DNA from: Podarcis melisellensis
Lineage: Eukaryota
Direction: 5' to 3' (one strand)
Length of the DNA: 64,000 nt
Assembly: GCA_964234715.1 (NCBI GenBank)
Contig: OZ174288.1
Part shown: positions 1-12,700 of the stretch, piece by piece
Layout: the number at the start of each line of letters is the position of its first letter
Numbering within the stretch: the stretch's first letter is position 1
Translations under genes and position numbers: made by a program
The notes under the pieces: generated by a model
What the model saw: only the letters and a program-made list of their open reading frames with translations
The model's database searches: none
Told to the model about the DNA's origin: nothing

Positions 1-1728
1 ACCCTCCAGATAAGACTTGCACAGGACGGCAGACTCTCTAGAGAAATCCCAGTCCAAAGAGGAGTTAGACAAGGATGCCCATTAGCCCCATTTTTATTTA
101 ACATCTATGTCAACTCCCTGGTCACATGCTGCCGTGAAATCGAAACCCACCCCCCCGTGTTCTCTAACGGCAGAAAAGTACCAGTTTTAATGTATGCGGA
201 TGACGCTGTTCTTCTCTCTCAAACCAAAGTGGGTCTGAAACGTGCCTTAGGAAAGTTTAGTGACCAATGTAACACTGAACTGTTAACAATTAACTTTGCC
301 AAAACCAAAATTGTACATTTTAACCGCTCCTTCAGGAAAGATAATTGGAGCGTAAAGGGAAACGCCATTGAACAGACTAAGACCTTCCAATACTTAGGCA
401 TTACTTTCTCTTACAATGCCAAATTGTCAACACACCTGACCACATCAGCTATATCAGCAGGAAGAAGTGCAAATGCCATCCTTAGATTATTCAGAAGGAA
501 AGGAGCTGGCTTTCTACCGATGGCCCTAAAAGTTTTTCAGGCAAAATCTTTAGCCCAACTCCTATATGGCACTCAAATTAGCCCCTCTGTCAACCTTAAG
601 ACCCTTGAAACAGTACAATCAAAATTCTTAAGATCACTATTTGCCACCCCAAAGTGTACACCTAATGCAGTCTTAAGGCAAGAGGCAGGACTACCCAGAG
701 TGGAATTAAAAGTCTGGGAGCAAGCAATATCCCTCTGGCTGAAAATCCATTACAATCCTAAGGGACTGTTACCTTGCTTCCTGGCCGCAGTTCCCTATCC
801 TCCTTGGCTTATGCAAATAACTAACAAGATCAAACAAATTGGCCTAAACCCTGAAAATCTCTTTCTTGGAACTCAGAACAAGGCAAAGGCAATTATCACT
901 CAGAGACTTTACGATGTCGAATTACAACAAGAAGACGCCCTACTCCCGGAGACATATAGATGTTTAAAAGCTTGGCCTAACTTTGCAGCTGCCCCTTATT
1001 TAACTAACATCACTAACGAAGCTTATAGATGGGCTTTCTCCAGAGCCCGCTTTGAGACAATGCCCTCAGCAGTGCTGTACGGCAAATTCACGCGGGTACC
1101 GATGCATGCACGTCTCTGCCCCTGTATGTCTGATAGGGTAGAATCTGTTACACACATCCTTCTGTCCTGCAGATTTTATAGTGAAGAGCGAGCTCGACTT
1201 ATCTTGCCGCTTTTGTCAAAATTCGTACCCCTACGGCATTATTTGGAATCCTCCCCCAAAATTCTAAGAAAATACCTTCTAGAAGATTCCTCGGGCTCAA
1301 TATCATATGAGGTGGCCAAATTTTGCGCTTTAGCAATCAGGAAGCGTAGATTTCTGCTGTTGAATGGCACATAGCGAAGTTCCCTTGTGTAATCTTTTTT
1401 CTTCTTCTTCTTGATGCTCTTGTGGATCTCCTTTTTGTTTGACCTTGTGATGTTTGGTGTCGCTGGCTTTTGCCGCAACAAAACTTGGTAAACTTGGTAA
1501 ACCTGGACTTCTGAAGCCCACCCCATATTGCTGTGTTAACCGATCTTTTAATTTTTCTTATAAATTTTTACTCACCCATTATCTATGCCTAATTAAGTAT
1601 TCTATGTATATGTTTGGTTCTTGCTCTTATTTATTTAATAATTATTCACTTAGATTCATACTGTTATGCTACTTATTTAGATGTTTTGCTTATGCTGGTC
1701 TATGACCGTAATAAAGAACTTGATGATG
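1..1728 (+). mobile_element. Non-LTR retrotransposon (LINE, RTE-X-like) 3' portion: uninterrupted ORF2 reverse transcriptase plus C-terminal Cys/His motif (ORF open 1-1374) and 3' UTR
   Basis: Frame 1 is open from base 1: ...GVRQGCPLAPFLFNIY...LMYADDAVLL...FQYLGITF (RT motifs) and ...RLCPC..ESVTHILLSC..Y (C-terminal knuckle). Stop at 1374, followed by a T-rich 3' UTR ending GACCGTAATAAA near 1715. The clade assignment is by recognition. Confidence 0.9.
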
Positions 1729-1929
1729 CATCACAGATGTTTATATTTGCATTGCTGCGCAGTTCTTCACAGCTGAAATACTTATTTAAAAAAAACAAAA
1801 ACCAATGTTGCAAAGTGCCAAACGTGTTCCAAGCAAGGCAGATTGTACAAAAGGTACACTTGGCAAGCAAATTCCAGTGCCGAGTACAGATTCTCCAGAC
1901 ACCAGCAACAAGCTGGGAGCGGTAGCTAA

Positions 1930-2750
1930 TACCTCAGAAGACTGACTCAGGATTCAAGATGACATTAAAAGATTGGAGGACTGGGCTCAAACCAACAAAA
2001 TGAATTTCAATAGGGACAAATGTAAGGCTCTGCACTTGGGCAGGAATAATTAGCTGCACAAATATAGGATGAAAGACATCTGGCTTGACAGCAACACATG
2101 TTAAAAGGATCTAGGGGGTCTTAGTGGTCCATAAGTTTAATATGAGTCAAGAGTGTGATCCAGCAGCAAAAATAAATAAACAGCTGAAGCAATTCTGGGC
2201 TGCATCAACAGATCAGGGGAAGAAATAGTACCACTCTATTCTGCCTTGGTCAGACCACATCTGGAGTACTGTGTTCAGTTCTGGGTACCACAGTTTAAGA
2301 AGGATATTGGCAAGCTGGAATGTGTGCAGAGGAGGGCAACCAAGATGATCAGGGGTCTGGGAACAAAGCCTTATGGGGAACAGTTGAGGGAGTTGGGTAT
2401 GTTTAGCCTGCAGAAAAGAACACTGAGAGGTAATATGATAACCATCTTAAGTATCTGTAATGTTGTCACACAGATGATGGAGCAAGCTTGTTTTCTGCTG
2501 ATCCAGAGGGTGGGACTTGAACTAATAGATTCAAATCACAGGAAAGGAGATTCTGAATAAACATTCGGAAGAACTTTCTGGCAGGAAGAGAGTGGAACAG
2601 ACTGTCTCAGAAGGTGTTGGACTCTCCTTCATTGGGGGGGGGGGGTTAAACAGGGATTGGATGGTTACTTGAAAGGGATTCTTTAGTTATAGTCCCTCTG
2701 TTGCAGAGGGTTGGACTGTAGCTTCCAATGCTACAGTTCTGTGATTCTAT
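1930..2750 (+). mobile_element. CR1 LINE 3' fragment (degenerate ORF2 end and tail)
   Basis: Translates to [38 protein letters not shown] (CR1 ORF2) with stops and frameshifts; ends in the CR1-type TTCTGTGATTCTAT tail. Confidence 0.9.
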
Positions 2751-3778
2751 AAGTAATCCGGACCTGTGGTGAGAAAATAGCTGTTCTTCAAACAGGTACT
2801 GCTGCTAAGAGGCCAAGATGAATTCTCAATCAACCACCATTCTTTTTTCAAAAAAAGAAAAGAAAAAGGGAGGTGTTGTTGTTTTTTTTATCCCAAGCTG
2901 TAGAAAAGAGTTTGTGGCTGATTATTAATAAAAGATGACAACCCGGACAATAACAGAACTGTTAAGTGATACCAGCCTAGAGAGATTCCAGATGGAGAAG
3001 GCCACTGGGTGACCTCTATGCATCCCAAGTGGATCAGAATTATGCCCTGCAACATCATTTCTAATGCTCTCCGAGTGCGATAGCCACGGCCGTCCCCTTT
3101 CCTTCCTAGTCAGCTGGGAAGGAAAGTTCAGTTTCCTGTATATTTTCACATCTACCTCTCCCTCCCTGTGTCTCTCTTGGGAGACTCTTTGCCTTATTTG
3201 GAAATGACAGAGGAGGAGAAAAAAATCTGGTATCTCCTCTGGCAATGCACCCCCTGCTCATCTCCCTCTCCTCCCCCCAGCCCCCTCACAAGTGCAACAG
3301 ATTAATTTCCAAGAAACATTGCTCGATAGATGCTAACTTGCTCTGCATGCTGGCAGAATTAAATTTACAAAGAGAGCTAAAACATGGGACTGCGTAGCTG
3401 GAAGCCAACCCCTGTCTATCCCAATGGGCTCAACGATTGCCAGAGATGCACTTAACCATCATTTCAAATACTCTGCTGGGGCAGCAAACATGAGAACTGA
3501 AGAGCAGCTGGACGAAGGATGATGAGAAGAGCCTGAGGTCTGTAATGGAGAATTAAGAGATGCCTTTGTGTGTATTATGAAGTCTGGTGGGCATGGCGTA
3601 ATCGTATACATTACACAGAGTGACCTGAAGATGCTCTTGCCTACAAATACCCTCGGGCTGTTTACACACCATACATCTAAAGCACATCTCCCCAACGCCA
3701 AAGAACCGGGAACTGTAGTTTACACCCTCACAAAGCTGCAATTCCCAACACCCTTAGCAAATTATTTTGTCTAGTTCT

Positions 3779-4021
3779 ACCAAAATGTACTACCAAATGA
3801 TTAAGGTACTACCAAAATGATTAAGGTTTTAAATGATAATTTTAGGTTATATTCTAGTGATCAAGATTTATTTATTTATTTTTAACTGCCGCTATATCTG
3901 AATTGTCTCTGTTGTACACAACTGCAATTCAATGTATCCCTGTTGTGTTTTATGATTTCCCTGATATTGTAAGTGACCCAGAACTGGCCTGTGACCGTAA
4001 TAATAAAATTCAATTCAATTC
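3779..4021 (+). mobile_element. Short 5'-truncated LINE 3' end (related to the element at 1-1728) with 11-bp TSD
   Basis: Ends CTGGCCTGTGACCGTAATAATAAAATTCAATTCAATTC (compare CTGGTCTATGACCGTAATAAA at ~1696-1714); flanked by TGTCTAGTTCT at 3768-3778 and 4022-4032. Confidence 0.75.
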
Positions 4022-6452
4022 TGTCTAGTTCTCTTTTGAAGTGATCCAAGTTGGCAGACAAGAGCAAAATGAAGAGCTGCAATGCTAGAGGCAGACTCTG
4101 TGAAAGGTAGAGAAGATGCACAGAGTCCACCTTCCCCTCTTTACCAGATCCAGGGGCAGAGTTAGAGGCAAGTAACTTAGACAGATGCTGGGGGAGTGGA
4201 ACACTTAGAGAGGGTGTATCTACTGTCACAGGATATCTATTTAACTCTTTATCTGTTTATTCCTTCTATTTATCAGTTGCTCAATAACAACCATGCTCCT
4301 GGAGGGGGGAAGGGGGGGAGAGAATGCTTAAAGATGCTTTTAAGACCACAAAATTCACATAAAGTTCTAAAGAGCAGCACTTTCACTAAAAAAAGAAAAA
4401 GGAATCCTTATAAATAACAGGAATAAAAAAAAATCATGGCAAGCAGCAATTAATACCAGACCTGACAAGTTCCACAGGATTAAGCAATTTCATTAAAACA
4501 CAGCAGTCATACAAGAGATTAAACACATAGAGTTTAAGACGCTTGTGTGAAAATTAAAAAGTGTCATGCCTGGTGCTGAAAATATATTAATGTAGGCACC
4601 CAGAAAGCATCTCTAGAGGGGGCAGTTGACAATGGAGGGGCTGCTACTAACAAGTCCCTGTCTCTTGTGGCCACCTGCCGAAACTCAGCTGGAAAAGGCA
4701 CTCAGAGAAAGGCCTGCATTTATAATCTCTGGACCTGGGAATTGTCCATCTCAGGGGCTGGGATCCCTTTTCAGCCTAAGGACCACATAACTTTCTGGAC
4801 AACTTTCTGGGGGCCACCTGTCAGTAGTGGGTGGGGGCAGATGCAAAAGTGGGAAGAGCAGTGGATAGGAAGTTTACCTTTGTACAGTTGGCAAGTTTCT
4901 GCACATATTCACACACATACAACTCTCAATCTTCCAAGCAAGAAGCACCAACAGTTTTCCAGCCAGGCAAAAACAGTCAGGGTACAAAGCAGGGACAGTG
5001 ATAGACGTGGCCTGGGGAGTGTTTTGAGGGCCACATTCATCCCCTAGACCTGAGGTTATCCCCCCTCCTGTGGACCTGATCTATCTGTTCAACAGCCGAA
5101 GTAAATAGTACTAATGGTTTGTTTTCACTTGAAAAATAGACTGCGTACTTTTCCTTTTAATATGTGGGGAAATTATTTACATAATCAGCGCCCATTTTGC
5201 AAACAGCGTGCATGCAACTGGCCACTATTGTAATGAGATCTGTACATGCAAATTTCTCCTCTAATTTAACAGGGATAGATCATGTATTCAAGTCATACTG
5301 CAAAGCCAGATAATGAGCTGAATAGGTAACCAGAAGGCAAGGTATTCAAAAACTGAATGAATGGAGATGTTCTTCCGCTAAAGCACCATTTGGTTCCTGT
5401 CCCAGGTAAACCAGTGCCCTTTAGTCTGCCTTTGGGAGCAATTTTCAAGATGTCATTTGAAACAAATTTAGAGCATGAGCATGCACTCCTCTCCCCCTTT
5501 CTTCTATAACCATAAATGTCATGGAATGCATTTGATTTGCAGCTATTCTACAGCAAAGGCAACCAGGTCCATGGTGAAATTAAACATTATAGTAAACATT
5601 CTTGAGTTTTAAAAGCCGGAGTCTGCAAATGGAATACTTACAAGGAAGCCAGCTGCCCTGAACACAGCGGGACTTACTTCTAAGCAAGCAAGCACGGAAT
5701 TGCACTCTCAAATCCCTAGAGAGCTGAATAGTGCAAGTATAAATATAGTTACTGCAAGGAAGATATACACTCAAACTCTTAAAATAGTCACCACCGTTCC
5801 ATGAGGCTATTTCAGAGTTGGGACTGCAGGGCTTCTCCATCAGCTCTGCGGAAACGTCCCCTTCCTCAGGTACTTCCCCCCAACTAACAGTAGAGATGCC
5901 ACCAGGCCCATAGCAGAGGGAGAAGTGGGGCAGGAGAGACTCTACATTGACTCAGCTGAGAAACCAGCACCTCTTTGGCTCCTCCTCTCATTGAATTCTC
6001 TCCATTCCAGGTGTAACCAAGATCTAGGTACTGGGGGTGGGGTTCCTTCTCCCTGCCAATCCTTCTTTCCTTTTGTGCTGTGTCTTTTAGATGGTAAGCC
6101 TGATGTCAAGGAGGTTCAGTCCTATTAGTGAGATCAGTAGCCGCTCTGAGGCTCTTTCTGATCTCTCCCCACACTCCCAAGTCTAAAGAGTGGAGAGAAA
6201 TACCTTTAAATAAATGACCAAACAAAATTTACATATTTTAAAGAGGTTAACCTTCATTGTTTCAGGGCAGAACTTTAACTATCACTCAATTGTTGGGCGC
6301 CTGCAGCTGTGACGTGGTGGCTCCAGCCAGGCCTAGGTGCTGGTGTGCATCTAGCATCCTGGACTCCACATATAGCTGGCTACACTAGAAAGGACCTTAT
6401 TATTATTATTATTCAGATATATATCCTCCCCTTTCTCCCAAAGGAGCCCATG

Positions 6453-6752
6453 TGTCAGGAACATGCCCAGCAGAGAGGAATCTCCAGAGGTGGAGGAAGT
6501 GGCTGCACCTGAGTCGCCAAGAAGTAGGAGCAGAGTCGCCAAGAAGCGATTAGAGCAGAGGTGGGCCAGCAGGAGTCAGGAGAGGATGTGATGTATGGAT
6601 GGGTCAGAAGCCAGTTGAGTCAACTGACTCCGACAGCGAAGGATGAGTTGTGGAAGCTTGGGTTGCTGTAAGCCTGTTATTGAGAAATAAACCTCAGCTA
6701 CTTAAACTGCCAGCGTTCCGTGCCTTGTGTGGGAGAAGCGCTAAACCTGACA
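6453..6752 (+). mobile_element. Solo LTR of an LTR retrotransposon (Gypsy- or BEL-like)
   Basis: 300 bp with termini TGTCAGG...CCTGACA (7-bp inverted repeat, TG..CA), 5-bp TSD CCATG at 6448-6452 and 6753-6757, and AATAAA at 6686-6691. Confidence 0.8.
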
Positions 6753-8789
6753 CCATGGCAGCAAACACACAAATTCTAAAGGAATTAAAGCATCTAAAAA
6801 CAATTCCAATATGGATGCAGACTGAGAAGTATCTCTCTTTGTCTCTCCTAGCACAAGGTTCCAGCTCACTGCAACACCAAAAACCTTCTTGTTTCCTCTG
6901 CTGGGACCGTAGTTCAATTGCGGCTCCTTTACATGAGGACTGGGGAATGTTGCAGCCCTCCAGATGTTGCTGAACTACAGCTCCCGATATTAGGCTGTAT
7001 ACTGGCTGGGGCAGATGGGAACATCTGAGACAACCCAAGGTTCACATGTCCTGCTTTACATTTTGATCCAGCTGGGGAATGTTTCTACCGTCATCTAACA
7101 ATTTGCCAAGACCAAAAAAATAAAAATAAAAATCAGCTGTGGACACGGATAAAACATTCCATGTGTCGCTGGGGGAAAAGAAAAGAAAAAGCACGCTCAC
7201 AACATGGACAAACAGCTAAAAGCAAACTGTGTGGTAGAGAGGGGGACCCACAAGGCAATCCATAGAAATGAGTCTAAAGAGGGCAATACTCAGTATGCAG
7301 AAGGCCCCAGTTTCAGGTCCCTGGCACTGGCAATGAAATGCATCTCAGAAAGTCAGGAAATATCCCTGCCTGAGACCATGGAGAGCTACTGCCCATCAGA
7401 GTAGCCAATCAGGCTAGATATATAAGGCAACTTCACCCATTGTGTGACAGCAATGCAGGAAACGTGTAATGCATATGTACCAAAGACTCAAAGTCCAGAG
7501 CAGAGATGGGGAGCCCTCCAGTTGCCAGACTCCAACTCCCAGCAGGCTCAGTAGCATGGCCAATCTTTAGGGATGGCCGGGGGTTCAGCAATATCTGGAA
7601 GCCCCACAGATTCCCCCTCCCTGGCCTAGAGGAGAAAGCTATGCAGAAATGTGGGTATGAAATAGACATGCAGCATCCATGGTTCTTAAGCCAAAACACA
7701 GGCAACTTTAAAATCATTGATTCCCAGTTAGAGATAACAGGATTGTGGATTTTTAAAAAATTCAGTCCAGTGTTCTAACCACTGCACTATGCTGCCTGTC
7801 AAGTCCTTGTTCTGGGGCAGAACTGTAGCCATTGCCTGTGCCCCGGGGGAAGCCACACGTTGTGATGGAGGTGGACTCAAGGCCATACAATGACCCAGTT
7901 GCTTGCAACACTGATTAGTTGTTTCTAATAAGGAAAGGGCAGATGTGTTCTGCGTGACTTGCCACCAAATCTTTGCTTGTACCACTTTGGCTAAAGCATG
8001 AGCCTTGAAAATCTGCCTATTGTATTGATGTAACTTCAACCCAGAGCCTGACCCTATTGTCTTAGAATCTGACTTAAATTAACATCATCCGCTGCCCACC
8101 CTCAGTGGGGAGAGAAATTAGCATCTTCTGAAAAAGAGGCCAGATTTCTTGACTTACAAAACACAATGGAAAGAAATCAGAATCAGCACAAAGGCGTTGG
8201 AGAGAGAGAAAGCTGCATCAGAAAGGGCTGTCAATGCTCAGTCCACTTGCCATCTGTGCTTTATCTTGGAAGGAGCAACGTTTTCTTCCTTAAAGCCACA
8301 ATTCAGCTGCAGCTCCCATTCATTCAGCAGAGTTCATCCAGTGAGGACCTCGCCAAGGAATCAAGCCTTTAGCTGCGTGCTTCTGTAGCAGCAGCAGCAG
8401 CAACAACACAGGCAGGCACAAACCCACAGCACTCATCTGCTGCAAACCACAATAGCTGTCATGAATCCGGGGCCTACTGACTCAAGTTTTGCTCACCAGA
8501 ATGGAAGGCAAAAACACCTCCATATATGGTTCAGTGTGATATGATTTATCTGCCCTTAGTGCTTATGGGGACCTACCACTGCGCTGCTGAGACTATTTGA
8601 CTTTTGACGCCCCGTTTATTGCATCTGCTCCTTCATGCACAATCCTTGTTTACTCAGGTCACCCAATCCACAATCCAGTTTTTCTGCTGGAGAGCTCGGG
8701 AATTAAGGTGGTTTGTTAAAGCTGGAAAAGGAGATGAGTGTTGGTATTTGGCTAGTCAAAGAGGAAGGAAGAAGAACACTCTTGGTCAA

Positions 8790-9085
8790 TTAAGAGCATG
8801 GTAACAGCCCTGCTGGATCAGGCCAATGCTCAGTCTTCTCCAGAATCTTGTTTTCACAGCAGCTAGCCAGGTGAGCCTGTGGGAAACTTGCAAGCAGAAT
8901 CTATGCACAAGTGCACCCTCCCTTCCTGTGGTTTCCAGCAACTTGTACTCAGAAGCCTCTGACTGTGGAGGCAGAGAACAGCCCCCACCATGGCTAGTAG
9001 CCATTGACAGACGTATCCTTCAGGAATTCATCTAATCCTATTTCAAAGCCATTCCAGTTGGTGACAATAACTGCCTCCCGAAGGG
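8790..9085 (-). mobile_element. CR1-like LINE 3' UTR fragment (family recurring at ~20500-20790, 28000-28500, 44820-45060, 52090-52730, 54045-54330)
   Basis: Shares GATGGCTTTAAAAGAGGATT...GGCCACTGTGAGAACAG...GATCCAGCAGG motifs with the other listed copies. Confidence 0.6.
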
Positions 9086-9379
9086 GTGAGATCACTGGTC
9101 AAATCTTGTCCAATGGCATACCCTCCAAACTTTTACTGTACTATACATAGGAAAACAGGCAGATGGATGCAGCATTCATCTCCTATCACACGCACACCAT
9201 ATGCTCAACCTACTCTTGTACCACTTTCACAGTCATGGTGTCCCTCCCCCCAAAGAATCATGGGAACTGTAGTTTGTTAAGGGTACTGGGAATTGTAGTT
9301 CTGCAATCCCTCTCTGCACCCTTAACAAAACACAGGTGCCAGGATTCTTAGGGGAGAAGTCATGACTGTTAAAGTGGTG

Positions 9380-9735
9380 TAAAGGTAAAGGACCCCTAAC
9401 AGTTAAGTCCAGTCGCAAATGACTCTTGGGTTGCGGTGCTCATCTCCCTTTTACTGGCCGAGGGAGCCGACATTTGTCCGCAGACAGTTTTTTCCGGGTA
9501 ATGTGGCCAGCATGACTAAGCCGCTTCTGGCGAAACCAGAACAGCGTACGGAAACGCCGTTTACCTTCCCGCCGGAGCGGTATGTATTTATCTACTTGCC
9601 ATTTGATGTGCTGTCGAACTGCTAGGTTGGCAGAAGCTGGGACCGAACAATGAGAGCTCACCCCGTCGCGGGGATTCGAACCGCCGACCTTCTGATCGGC
9701 AAGCCCAAGGCTCAGTGGTTTACACCACTGCGCCA
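9380..9735 (-). mobile_element. Sauria SINE
   Basis: Reverse complement of the 37350-37701 copy: tRNA-like head with GGTTCGAATCCC box B and (ACCTTT)n tail. Confidence 0.9.
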
Positions 9736-12700
9736 CATGTATGGCGTGGATGGGATCTTATTCTCATGCTAAGGATCACTTCCCAGTCCCCATCCCCTCC
9801 AGAATTACGCATTACTCTGCGGCATGTGCTATTCATTTACACTGCAAACATAAAAGTCAAAAAGCTGTTAGTTCTTTTTGGGTAAAGGTGTGCTAGGAAA
9901 ACATTGTTCTTCTGCAAGAGGTGTGGGGAACTCCAGATGTTGCTCAGCTTAGTTCAGCAACATCAGGAGGGCCAAGGGATCCTACAATAGGCACCAACAA
10001 CTAGGGTGACAGGACCTATTTTCTGTCTAGGGCTCAATTCCCTTGGGGGGAATCTGTTGGGAATCTGTTGGGGTGCATGGGACCAAAGGCAAAAGCTTAG
10101 CAGCCCTCCTTCTCCTTCTCTCTCTGCCGTCCAGCCCCCCTCTGCATCACCCTCCTTTTTCTTTCTGATCATTTCCAAAAGTCCTGTTTATTGAGCATTT
10201 ATCTTGATTTGTTTGCACAAATATCACATTCACCCAATACATTCAAAGCACATGCCTTCCCCCAAGGAATCCTGGGAGCTGCAGAATTCTTAAGGGCTCT
10301 TGGAATTGCGTGTCTATGAGGGAAAACTACAGTTCCCAGCATTCTTTTTGGGAAGCCAATTATTTTTAAATGTGCTTTAAGCATATGGTGTATGTATGGT
10401 ATGGATGTGACCTTCGTGCAAACAAATTAGGGGGAGGTTAAACGGTGTCAGCCATTTACAGAGCATCCATTATAATCTGGTTTGCGGGGAAGTTGTATGA
10501 CATTGAATCAAAAAATTATTAGCCCACACTTTCAAGTGCATTTTCCTATCACTTTGCTTATCACAAAAGTACAAGTAAGGTAGCAAAGTAGGGGGGAGGG
10601 TTGTGCAAGAGCACCAAATCAGCTACAATTGCATGAAAAGAATTTGCTGGTATAGGACTGAATCCCACCTGAAATTAGCAGCAGTCTGAAAGCACCCTCT
10701 TCCTCTTTCAGCTGCCCACTTTCCTGCCATTTCCTCTCTCCTTGCCACCCGCAGAAAATTACATCAAGGGCTGCTTGAAATTAGGCTGTGGGCTCATTGA
10801 GCTTAGTATATGCGTCCCACCACAAACAGAACAGATGAGGCAGTAGTTCTGGCTCCTAGATGCTTTTGGTTACCATTATAATTCACCCCCCAATACACAC
10901 AAACACACACACTGAAGCTGGCTTATGTAGAATTTGAGACCCGGTATCTAAATTTAGTAAAACTTGTTAGTAACATCTCTTGTATTTCATGTCATGCAGC
11001 TAAACCTACATTTATGCAGAGTCAGTGATTTGGGGTAGAAAATTTTCCAAGGAAGCATGTCAAGAAATGGAAAGCTTTTTCACTGGGGAATTTCCCCCAT
11101 TTGAGAAGTGCATTATTTCATAAGATTAGTTAGTAACCTAATGAAGGATTACAAGTCAAAATGGGCAACGGGAATAGAAACCATACCAGTCAAATCAAAA
11201 ATCAAAGTTGTAATTGGTTTTCGCGTGGTTTTTTTTCCCACGTGGTTATTCTGAAGGGAAACATTTATTTATAGGCTTCACTCTTCAGCCATGCTAAAAA
11301 TTAGTATGTTTAACAGTTGTCACTGGATTAAATTTATTTCTTAAATTCCAAATAACTGTGAGGGAAGTCTGTGCTATTGAGTTGTCACATCTCAAAATAT
11401 TTTAAAAGATTCCAAGAAAAACAATTTACAACTGAAGTCTGAATTTGTCTGAATATAATGTTTAAAATCGCACTCATCCACTCTTCCATTCTGAACAGAG
11501 TAATTGAGTGCAACAGTTGCTGATGTAGGTGCCTTTTCCCCATGGATTCGTTGAGGGGACTGCGCTCACCATACTGTTTTGTGGTCCTCTCTTTTTTCTG
11601 CCATTTTGTTATGGCAGCCATTTTGTCTTACATCACACCCCGTGGCAGCCATTTTGAGACTGGTGCCCACGGAACTCTCTCAACATTCCAAATGTGCCCA
11701 CTGGCCCAGAAAGGTTGGTGACCCCTGGTATGGAACATTGAAATGACACAGTTCATACCAAAATGATGGACATTCTTGCTGCAACTCCACATGACAATAT
11801 GAAGCGGGGGGGGGGGGGGGCAGTGTCATATAAATGTATGCCGCCTCCCTAAACCTGTGCTCTCTCTGTTTTAGCAATGCATAAATAGTCACCATATCAT
11901 GTAGGAAGCAAGCCGAGGGAGGTCTTGCAGGAAGTGAGTTCCACAGTCTGTGGCACGGAATATACCAAGTACAAGACGACCCACCCACAGAAGGAATATG
12001 GAACAGGATCTCTCCCAAATATGACTGCGCACAGGCAGGTTCATATGGGAGCCCTTCAGATATCCATTTCCCAAACTATTTAGGACTCCTCCAGATAACC
12101 TATTTTCATTGCGCATCCATCCCAATTTCCTTTCACAAAGCTTCTGCAGATGTTAGACTGTTACTGAGTATTCAATAAGCTTCATCCTGATTTGTTTGCA
12201 GGATGTTTACATGCCTTCTCAATAATCATTTATTCAGGTCATATTTCTCAGTGCATTGCTCACTTTCCTAACCACAAAAAGTCCACTTTTTAAAAGTGGA
12301 TTTGTTGAGCTAGGGCAATATATTTCACAGAGAAGCCTTTAGCCCTCCAGATATTGCTGAACGACAAAACCCATCATCCCTAACCAGGCTTGCTGGGGCT
12401 GATGGGAGTTGTCGTTCAAAAACATCTGGAGGACCAAAAGTTCCTCACACGTGGGCTGCGGTGAAAGAGTAATCCACTTTAACTGTGCAAACATTTCAGG
12501 CAGCCGTTGCACAGGTGCAGATGACAGCCTTAGTGCAGAGAAACAACTCAGGCAATGGCCACTGAGTGAACACATGCCCACCTCTTCTCTGGTGTGTATG
12601 GCAATGTAAGAAAGCAGCTTGAAATGCAGAGCAGGTGGGGAGGAACAATTTTGCTGTGTTTCAAGCCACTACTGCGTCTGTATCCTCAGACAGCAAGCAA

